25,898 bases of DNA from a virus (taxonomy: Duplodnaviria; Caudoviricetes): IMG/VR virus record IMGVR_UViG_3300022407_007576, positions 1-25,898 of that record; one strand, written 5' to 3'. Every line of letters starts with the position of its first letter. The first letter of the stretch is position 1. The position numbers and the translations under genes are program-made. The notes beneath the pieces were generated by a model. It made no database searches. It was given only the letters and a program-made list of their open reading frames with translations, and was not told where the DNA came from. Positions 18,342-24,947 of the stretch are shown here, piece after piece.

Positions 18342-18624
18342 GTTTTTTTCTATTTTGGATTTCTCTATCTAAATAAAATAGAGCTTTTTCTAAATCCTGG
18401 ATTAAATTGTCTTTTTTACCTGCTCTGGAAATATATTTAAGAGTATTACCTAAATTAAATCCTACTTGCCAAGCTTCTATAACTTTAATAGCCTCATATG
18501 GATTATCTTTACCACCATAATGAGATGGATGTTTTACTGAGTTTTTTTTAGGTTTGTCTTCATCAATTGTAAAAGTACCTTCTCTATCATTCATTTCTTC
18601 AAATTTTTTTATTGAATCACTCAT
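18334..18624 (-). CDS. DUF3310-like phage protein
   Basis: VKHPSHY, EAIKVIE, FNLGNTLKYISRAGKK, DLEKALFYL. Confidence 0.8.
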   Translation of the reverse strand: MSDSIKKFEEMNDREGTFTIDEDKPKKNSVKHPSHYGGKDNPYEAIKVIEAWQVGFNLGNTLKYISRAGKKDNLIQDLEKALFYLDREIQNRKKLG

Positions 18625-19040
18625 TTTAGTAATTTTTTTATTTCTTTTTCTTCTTTACCTAACTGTTGTAAAATTTCAGTTACATCTTGTTGAGTTAGGA
18701 TATTACAGTAATCTAAAACCTCTCTAGTACTTATTTGAAAGTAATCAGATAATAAATTTAATACTTCTTTTACGTACTGTTGTTTTGTGGGTTTTATATA
18801 CTTGTTGAAAAATTTTTGTTTGGGTAAAGTTTTACAATAAAATTCATATAACTTTTGTTTTGGCATTTGGTGTTCTTGAATCTCAGCTACTAATTCAATA
18901 TAGTTGGGATTCATAGAGATAATCTTGTTAATCATAAAATTGTTAAAGATCTCATGCTCCTCATTCGAAAATGAGGACCATGGTTCTTTATCATATGATA
19001 ATTGCTTTACCCAATCAAAAATTGTTTTAATCTTGGTCAT
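18621..19040 (-). CDS. Probable clamp loader small subunit (T4 gp62-like)
   Basis: IFDWVKQL...FNNFMINKIISM...YEFY...LPKQKFFNKYIK, one gene away from the clamp-loader ATPase. The ATG at 19040 is preferred to the TTG at 19046. Confidence 0.65.
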   Translation of the reverse strand: MTKIKTIFDWVKQLSYDKEPWSSFSNEEHEIFNNFMINKIISMNPNYIELVAEIQEHQMPKQKLYEFYCKTLPKQKFFNKYIKPTKQQYVKEVLNLLSDYFQISTREVLDYCNILTQQDVTEILQQLGKEEKEIKKLLK

Positions 19041-19269
19041 CTTCAATCATGAATTTCAATTCATCAGGTAATCCATCTTTTAAAATTTCACCTGTTGTTG
19101 GATCATAAAATACTTGAATAGGCAAAACATTATCTTCGTTTGTACCTGTTACAAATTTAGATACTTTTCTTAATAAGTATCCTTGTTGCCAAATTTTACC
19201 ACCATCTGCAGTGTAAATTGGGGTTGTTTTGTTAATGTCTAAGCTCATTTGTGGTTGTTGATCTTCCAT
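19027..19269 (-). CDS. Hypothetical protein between the clamp loader subunits
   Basis: 80-aa ORF with ATG start that fits the tiling. Confidence 0.75.
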   Translation of the reverse strand: MEDQQPQMSLDINKTTPIYTADGGKIWQQGYLLRKVSKFVTGTNEDNVLPIQVFYDPTTGEILKDGLPDELKFMIEDDQD

Positions 19270-19276
19270 CTTTTGT

Positions 19277-20188
19277 TTATTTAGTTGTTAATAATTTAGA
19301 TACACAGGCACAAAATGTAATTTCTTTATCTGGTGCCATAATTGATTTGTATTGGTAATCTGCTATAATAAGGGTAGCTATAGCTGAATTAGTAAATTCG
19401 TCTGCTCGTTCAAATAATACTCTATATAACTCGTTATAATCTCTAACATTTGAATCCATTACTAACTGTCTTATAGTAGTGAAGTTTTTAATGTTTTGAC
19501 CTTTAAGTAAATCTATTACTTGATCAGAAGTTTGTTTGAAATTAGTGACAGTTCTACTCTCTACTAACTCTCTATTTTTAATAGAGGATTGTAATAAATT
19601 TAAAGTTTTTCTAATATCAGGGTAAGTTTGTTTAACAATTCTTACTATATCAGCCTTAGTATAAATAATTTCTTCTAAATCCAAAATTTCAACACATTTG
19701 AATGCTACATCCTGCATTGATGGAGGAGTTAATTCAAACATTACTGTTCTAGATTGAATAGGATCAATTATACGTTCAATGTAATTACAAGTGAAAACAA
19801 AACGAGTATTTAAACTATAAGTTTCAATTATATTACGTAGAGCTGCTTGAGCGTTTATTGTTAAGAAATCTGCTTCATCCATAATAACCACTTTTTGTGG
19901 TTTAAAACTAGCGGCTGAGGCAAATGATTTTACCTTATCTCTAATAGTATCAATACCATTTTCATCAGAACAGTTGATATATAGTGAATCACAATTAATA
20001 TTATTGATAATTAATTTGGCTGCAGTAGTTTTACCTGTTCCAGCTCCTCCTGTTAATAACAGGTGAGGAATATCATTAGAATCAATCCATTGTTGTAAAG
20101 ACGATTTAAAATCATCATTACCAATGTATCCTTCTAAGGTATCAGGTCTATACTTTTCGGTAAATAAGGTGTGTTTTTTATTGAACAT
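19277..20188 (-). CDS. Clamp loader AAA+ ATPase (RFC small subunit / T4 gp44-like)
   Basis: EKYRP, Walker A GGAGTGKTT, NCSDENGID, Walker B DEAD, AQAALR, and IQSRT (SRC-motif variant). Confidence 0.93.
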   Translation of the reverse strand: MFNKKHTLFTEKYRPDTLEGYIGNDDFKSSLQQWIDSNDIPHLLLTGGAGTGKTTAAKLIINNINCDSLYINCSDENGIDTIRDKVKSFASAASFKPQKVVIMDEADFLTINAQAALRNIIETYSLNTRFVFTCNYIERIIDPIQSRTVMFELTPPSMQDVAFKCVEILDLEEIIYTKADIVRIVKQTYPDIRKTLNLLQSSIKNRELVESRTVTNFKQTSDQVIDLLKGQNIKNFTTIRQLVMDSNVRDYNELYRVLFERADEFTNSAIATLIIADYQYKSIMAPDKEITFCACVSKLLTTK

Positions 20189-20194
20189 AACTTT

Positions 20195-20223
20195 AATATA
20201 TGACTCCCCTTTCGGGGAGCCTA
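20195..20223 (-). promoter_or_regulatory. Promoter-like TAGG-N17-CATATATT upstream of the clamp loader
   Basis: Same spacing as the sites at 869-897 and 22485-22513. Confidence 0.5.
20202..20221 (-). terminator. GC-rich GNRA hairpin downstream of groEL (terminator or processing site)
   Basis: Minus strand GGCTCCCC-GAAA-GGGGAGTC, 7 nt after the groEL stop. The following U-tract is weak (ATATATT). Confidence 0.6.
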
Positions 20224-20228
20224 ATTTA

Positions 20229-21869
20229 TTACATCATTCCTTGCATAGGATTGGTTTCTTCTTTATTATCTTCTTTTTTCTCGTAAATTACAGATTCTGT
20301 TGTTAAAATTGTACCTGCAACTGAAGCTGCATTTTCTAATGCAATACGAGTTACTTTTTTAGGATCAATAATACCTGCTCCTTTAAAGTCCATTACTGAT
20401 AAGTCTTTATAATTAAGACCTGCCCAATTGCTTCCTTTTTCTGAGTCAGTTAATTGAGAACCTAAATATTGAACTTCTACTAGATCATGTCCGGCATTAG
20501 TTAAAATTCTTTGAAATGGAGCTGCTGTTGCTCTATAAACAATTTTCTTACCGTTTACAAAATCATTTGAACCTTCAAATTTAATTGATTTTCTAGCATA
20601 TAATAAAGCAGTTCCACCACCTACTACAATACCTTCTTCTAAAGCAGCTCTTGTAGCAAATAAAGCATCTTCTACTCTATCTTTTTTCTCTTTGATTTCA
20701 AGTTCACTATTACCACCTACGTTAATAATAGCTACACCACCAATCATTTTACCTAAACGCTCTTGTAATTTTTCTTTTTCAAATGGGGAACCTGCGTCAT
20801 CAATTTGTTTTTTAATTTCTTGAGCTCTGTTTGTAATAGCTTCTTCTTCACCTTTACCATCTACAATAGTAGTTTTTTCTTTACCAACTGTAGCAGTACG
20901 TGATGAACCTAAACATTGTTTTAAAGTATTAACATCAATTTTTTCTAATTTATGACCTTTATCTTTAGATAAAACCTGACCACCTGTAATAATAGCTAGA
21001 TCTTCTAAAGCCATTGTTCTACGATCTCCAAACTCAGGGGCTTTAACTGCTACTACATTTACAATACCTCTCATCTTATTAACGATTGTTACTGCTAATG
21101 CTTCACCATCAATATCCTCTGCTACAATTAACAATGAACGTTTTTCAGTGTTAGCTAATGTTAAAGCTGGTACTAATTCGTTTACTGAAGTAATTCTACC
21201 ATTGTAAATTAAAATGTAAGGATTTTCTAATACAGCTGTCATTGTATTATTGTCAGTTACAAAATAAGGTGATTTGTAACCTCTATCAAATTGCATACCT
21301 TCTACAACTTCAAGTGAAGTTTCTCCAGATTTTGATTCTTCAATTGCTACAACTCCATCTCTACCTACTTTTTCTAAAGCGGTAGCAATTAAGTTTCCAA
21401 TTTCTTCATCATTATTACCTGAAATAGTAGCAACTTCTTTAATTTGTTGATTATCAGAAATGTCTTCTGTTAAGTTATTAAGGGCTGTTTTAATTTCTTC
21501 TACAGCAGCATCAATACCTTTTTTAATTTCAACTGCATTTTGACCTGCATTAACATGTTTTAATCCTTCTTCTAGAATAGCATATGTTAATAAAGTACTT
21601 GTAGTTGTACCATCTCCAACCTCATTTGCTGATTTTACTGATACTTTTTGTACCAATTCAGCTCCTGTTGATTCAATTGGGTCTTCTAATTCTTTAAAGG
21701 CTTTAGCTACAGTTACACCATCTTTGGTTACTGTTAATTGACCATAATCTCCTTTAATTAATACTGTTCTACCTGCTGGTCCTAAAGTAGAAGATACGCT
21801 ATCATTAAGTTTTTTAACTCCTGATAGTAATTTTGATTTTAATTCTGTTCCGAATGCTGTTTCTGTCAT
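20229..21869 (-). CDS. groEL: Chaperonin GroEL (Cpn60)
   Basis: [60 protein letters not shown] and C-terminal GMM. Confidence 0.98.
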   Translation of the reverse strand: MTETAFGTELKSKLLSGVKKLNDSVSSTLGPAGRTVLIKGDYGQLTVTKDGVTVAKAFKELEDPIESTGAELVQKVSVKSANEVGDGTTTSTLLTYAILEEGLKHVNAGQNAVEIKKGIDAAVEEIKTALNNLTEDISDNQQIKEVATISGNNDEEIGNLIATALEKVGRDGVVAIEESKSGETSLEVVEGMQFDRGYKSPYFVTDNNTMTAVLENPYILIYNGRITSVNELVPALTLANTEKRSLLIVAEDIDGEALAVTIVNKMRGIVNVVAVKAPEFGDRRTMALEDLAIITGGQVLSKDKGHKLEKIDVNTLKQCLGSSRTATVGKEKTTIVDGKGEEEAITNRAQEIKKQIDDAGSPFEKEKLQERLGKMIGGVAIINVGGNSELEIKEKKDRVEDALFATRAALEEGIVVGGGTALLYARKSIKFEGSNDFVNGKKIVYRATAAPFQRILTNAGHDLVEVQYLGSQLTDSEKGSNWAGLNYKDLSVMDFKGAGIIDPKKVTRIALENAASVAGTILTTESVIYEKKEDNKEETNPMQGMM

Positions 21870-21871
21870 GA

Positions 21872-22165
21872 TTAATCTTCTATAATTGATGGGATTTGTT
21901 CTTGTGCTATAATTAAATAATCTACGTTATCTAACGTAAGTTTTTGTGCCCCCATTGGTGGGATAACTACTTTCATACCTACTTTTAAATCAGTTGGTAC
22001 AAATTCACCTTTATGCCAATTAAAAGTATCAGATACTGCTATAACTTCGGCTACAAGTGATTTTTCATGACCTACGTCAGGGATAATGATATTACCTACC
22101 ATCATTTCATTTTCTTCAAGTTGTTTTAGGATAATACTACCCAGTCTTGGTGTTAATTTACTCAT
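21872..22165 (-). CDS. groES: Co-chaperonin GroES (Cpn10)
   Basis: LTPRLGSIIL, GNIIIPD mobile loop, AEVIAV, LKVGMKV. 97 aa, immediately upstream of groEL. Confidence 0.88.
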   Translation of the reverse strand: MSKLTPRLGSIILKQLEENEMMVGNIIIPDVGHEKSLVAEVIAVSDTFNWHKGEFVPTDLKVGMKVVIPPMGAQKLTLDNVDYLIIAQEQIPSIIED

Positions 22166-22460
22166 TGTTGATTAAATTTTTTAAATTGGTTAAAGTTGTT
22201 TCTAATTCTGTAATATACTCTTTAATAGTATAAACGGGTTTTTTTTCAATAGTTTGATTTTTTACTACACATCTTAAAGCATTATTTAATTGAGTATAAT
22301 AACCTACTACTTTTTCTTTTTGAGTAGTAGGGTCTATAAAAACCAAATTATAAGATTCTTCATCAAATATTATTTTATAATCTCCTAAAGCGGGATCTAT
22401 AATAGTTGATATTTTTTTAATTGTGCCTTTTTGTCGGCCTTTAAAATTAGGATTTGCCAT
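22158..22460 (-). CDS. Hypothetical protein overlapping the groES start
   Basis: 100-aa ORF with an 8-bp overlap with groES and a basic N-terminus (KGRQKG). Confidence 0.75.
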   Translation of the reverse strand: MANPNFKGRQKGTIKKISTIIDPALGDYKIIFDEESYNLVFIDPTTQKEKVVGYYTQLNNALRCVVKNQTIEKKPVYTIKEYITELETTLTNLKNLINNE

Positions 22461-22476
22461 AACTTTTACTTTTTTG

Positions 22477-22513
22477 TTTCGTATAATATACGAAAAATTT
22501 TTTGGGTATCCAA
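22477..22513 (-). promoter_or_regulatory. Promoter-like TTGG-N17-CGTATATT with overlapping 19-bp palindrome (candidate operator)
   Basis: Minus strand TTTGG ATACCCAAAAAATTTTT CGTATATT. The palindrome TTTCGTATA-A-TATACGAAA spans 22477-22495. Confidence 0.6.
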
Positions 22514-22542
22514 ATAAAACTTAACCTAAGGGCGTAAGGTTA
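22512..22542 (-). terminator. Weak intrinsic terminator-like hairpin after hsp20
   Basis: Minus strand TAACCT-TACGCCCTT-AGGTTA followed by AGTTTTATTT, directly after the stop codon. Confidence 0.45.
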
Positions 22543-23004
22543 TTATTTTATTTTTATTGATTTTGGTTTTGCTTTTTCAGCTACAGGTATAGCAATTTCT
22601 AGCAAACCATTTTCTAGTTTTGCTAGCGCTAATGATAAATCGTATTTAGCTGAGATTTTGTAACCTAAATTAAAGGATTTTTTAGATAATCCTCTTACGA
22701 TTGTTCCAGGGTGAAGTTCTTTTTCTTCTTCTGGTTTATTATAACTAATTTTTAAGACATCGTCTTCAATGTCTACGTTAACATCATCTTTAGTAAGACC
22801 AGTACATGCTACTTCAAAATGAAGTCCATCATCGTCATAAAAGATATTTAAAGGGTGAGGTTGTTTGGTGGTTGCTGCTGAACCGAATCCACTTGTTGGG
22901 AAAAAGAAATTGTGGAATAGAATGTCAAATTCATTGTAATTTGTACTCATATTGATTTACGTTTTGTGAGTGCTTTTGCTACTCGTTATTAATTGCCCTT
23001 AGGT
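22524..23004. repeat. 10-bp perfect inverted repeat bracketing hsp20 (ACCTAAGGGC at 22524-22533, GCCCTTAGGT at 22995-23004)
   Basis: The two intergenic 10-mers are exact reverse complements, read directly from the sequence. Confidence 0.85.
22543..22950 (-). CDS. Small heat shock protein Hsp20 (alpha-crystallin family)
   Basis: PLNI, FEVACTGLTKDDVNVDIEDDVLKISY, RGLSKKSF, AKLENGLLEIAIP and C-terminal IKI (IxI motif). Confidence 0.93.
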   Translation of the reverse strand: MSTNYNEFDILFHNFFFPTSGFGSAATTKQPHPLNIFYDDDGLHFEVACTGLTKDDVNVDIEDDVLKISYNKPEEEKELHPGTIVRGLSKKSFNLGYKISAKYDLSLALAKLENGLLEIAIPVAEKAKPKSIKIK

Positions 23005-23011
23005 CATTTGT

Positions 23012-23020
23012 TATAAATAT
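23012..23020 (-). promoter_or_regulatory. ATATTTATA motif (candidate phage late promoter) upstream of hsp20
   Basis: Intergenic, right after the clamp gene stop and just before the 5' arm of the inverted repeat. Confidence 0.5.
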
Positions 23021-23022
23021 TA

Positions 23023-23745
23023 TTACTCATGCAAAGCTACAAGAAAATATTCAGCTTTCACACCTGCTTCTTCTAAATTAATTTTTAATAAACCATCTTT
23101 ATAAAGATATGCTTTACCAACTGCATCTTTATTTACTGATACTATTTCTCTAAAATTATTAGCACTAAATGCTACGGGTTTAACTTGATTAGTAATAGTT
23201 CCATTTTCAGTAAAATTAACTTTGTTAGAGTATGATGATTTTTCCCCAATCATAAAACTAACAACATCTTCTTTTTGAAAATCCTTTGTTATTCCTATTT
23301 CAAAACGAGGTGGTTTATCTAATGCATTGTGGGCTTTAATATATTTTTGAGTAAAATCAAAATTAATATCAAATTCTAAGTCATGGGGTGGTAAGTTAGG
23401 TACTACACCTGGATCCTGAATTAATCCTAAATCACTTAAATTATACGATAAGTCAAATTGATTATCACTAATATGTAATTTTAAGAAGTGATTATTTTGT
23501 TTTTCTAGTTTTAACTCAATATAATCATTCGTGATATTAAGTAATTTTAATAGTTGTCCAGTATTAAAAATACCAATTTCGCAGTCTTCTAAGGTTATAG
23601 GCGCTGTAACTTCTCCGATACAGTCCTTATTGTCAACTGCAAATTTGATGTGAGCTTCGTTGTCTTTTACCTTAAATTTAACTTGAGATGTTAATCCGTT
23701 TAAGTAAAAACTTTCAATTATTTGTGCTAATATTGTTTTATCCAT
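23023..23745 (-). CDS. Probable DNA polymerase sliding clamp (gp45/PCNA-like)
   Basis: 240 aa, beta-rich, EIGIFNTGQLLKLL and C-terminal GLLKINL...AEYFLVA. It directly follows polB and lies near the clamp loader. Confidence 0.7.
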   Translation of the reverse strand: MDKTILAQIIESFYLNGLTSQVKFKVKDNEAHIKFAVDNKDCIGEVTAPITLEDCEIGIFNTGQLLKLLNITNDYIELKLEKQNNHFLKLHISDNQFDLSYNLSDLGLIQDPGVVPNLPPHDLEFDINFDFTQKYIKAHNALDKPPRFEIGITKDFQKEDVVSFMIGEKSSYSNKVNFTENGTITNQVKPVAFSANNFREIVSVNKDAVGKAYLYKDGLLKINLEEAGVKAEYFLVALHE

Positions 23746-23746
23746 T

Positions 23747-24682
23747 TTATGAGAATGTAAAGAATTTATGTATTAATGGGTTTGCAGGTGGTAATGACCA
23801 TTCAAGATCAGTGTAAAACCCTTGTAATTTGTTTTGTAATATAGTTTCAAAGCTTTTTCCTCTATCAATATATTCATTAATAAAGTCTTTCATTTTTTGA
23901 GGTAAATCAAATTCTAAAAAAGCTATAGCTTCCATCTGATAGGGATTATCTTTTAAATAGACCCATTTTATTTTATCACCCTGTACTATTTGACTATGGT
24001 CTCTATCTAATTGCCAGAATCTTAATAAGTCATTATAGCAAGTAGCTGCTTTTACATTAGCACCTGCTCCTTTTTTAAGTGTAGATAATATTTTACCTGG
24101 TTTAGGGATAGCCTCAACATAATCATTTAATACTTTAACTGCTGTTGGATTACCAATTAAAGTAAAATCAACATCAGGTGAAGTAGCTTCTTGTCTAAAC
24201 TCATGAATTTTTTTATCTACAATACTTTGTGGAGTACCTTTAATGATTAATTCAAGAATTTCTTGATAAAACTTACCAAAGTATTTTGGAAAATTAGCTT
24301 TTTTAAATTCTAATCCTTTTATATCAAGTTCTTCTTTAGCTATACCTTCTTTTTTAGTAATCCATTGAGCATAACGTCTTGTTGCTCTAAAATAGGCAGA
24401 ACGAATAACACACTCCGTTTTCATTTCTAATCGGTGTGTACTAATATTAAAGGCTTCTTTAGCGAGTGTGTTATAATGTTCTGTTATAATATCTTGGTAT
24501 TTAAGAGCTACTCTCTCTAATAAATCATCTTTTTCTTGATCAGGTTTTTCATCAAAATCAGGATATAAATGTTTTAATAAAGGTTCAGCATTAAAGTAAT
24601 TAGAGTCAGTATCCACATAGGCACAGAAGTTGAAATCACCTTCATCACAAATCCACCATGGCGTGTCTTCTAAATGCTTCAT
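23747..24682 (-). CDS. polB: Family B DNA polymerase, C-terminal part (palm motif C and thumb)
   Basis: YVDTDSNY (motif C), LEMKTE, RRYA, IKGLE, GDKIKWVYLK and C-terminal IHKFF (clamp-binding-like). Confidence 0.9.
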   Translation of the reverse strand: MKHLEDTPWWICDEGDFNFCAYVDTDSNYFNAEPLLKHLYPDFDEKPDQEKDDLLERVALKYQDIITEHYNTLAKEAFNISTHRLEMKTECVIRSAYFRATRRYAQWITKKEGIAKEELDIKGLEFKKANFPKYFGKFYQEILELIIKGTPQSIVDKKIHEFRQEATSPDVDFTLIGNPTAVKVLNDYVEAIPKPGKILSTLKKGAGANVKAATCYNDLLRFWQLDRDHSQIVQGDKIKWVYLKDNPYQMEAIAFLEFDLPQKMKDFINEYIDRGKSFETILQNKLQGFYTDLEWSLPPANPLIHKFFTFS

Positions 24683-24683
24683 A

Positions 24684-24947
24684 TTAAAATGTTCTTTCTC
24701 CTGGAATTGGAGGTAAATTTATTGGTCTATTTCCTTTTGAATCTATATCAGATCTTTCTTTAAGTGATATTTCAAATACATTCCCATTAACTTTACATCT
24801 ACCACCTTGTTGTAGCATTTTTTTAAAGAACTTCTCTTGTGATTCATCCCAACTTTCAGATAACTTAATAACTAATTGCTTTTCAGCTTTAACTCCGTTT
24901 ACTGTAATAGTAACTCCGTTTCTAATTGATTGTCCTTTTAACGCCAT
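24684..24947 (-). CDS. Hypothetical 87-aa protein inserted between the two polB parts
   Basis: Its ATG overlaps the upstream stop (TAATG) and its stop lies 1 nt before the next ATG, so it fills the gap exactly. Confidence 0.75.
   Translation of the reverse strand: MALKGQSIRNGVTITVNGVKAEKQLVIKLSESWDESQEKFFKKMLQQGGRCKVNGNVFEISLKERSDIDSKGNRPINLPPIPGERTF

Noticed and set aside
642-20306. Eight short plus-strand ORFs in the track (642, 3791, 8567, 12041, 12612, 14018, 14905, 20124)
   Set aside because: All lie antisense to well-supported minus-strand genes, are 60-78 aa and have no recognisable motifs. They are treated as shadow ORFs.
22478-22494. Similarity of the palindrome arms (TTCGTATA / TATACGAA) to loxP arms
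   Set aside because: loxP needs 13-bp arms and an 8-bp spacer. Here the spacer is 1 bp, the outer arm bases do not match and no recombinase is in the window.
22968-22974. CIRCE-like half site (AGCACTC on the minus strand) upstream of hsp20
   Set aside because: There is no second arm (GAGTGCTAA) at 9-nt spacing. The sequence is better explained as part of a local hairpin.
24890-24921. 11-bp direct repeat TAACTCCGTTT (24890-24900 and 24911-24921)
   Set aside because: It encodes a repeated NGV peptide inside the 87-aa ORF. There are only two copies and no sign of a separate function.
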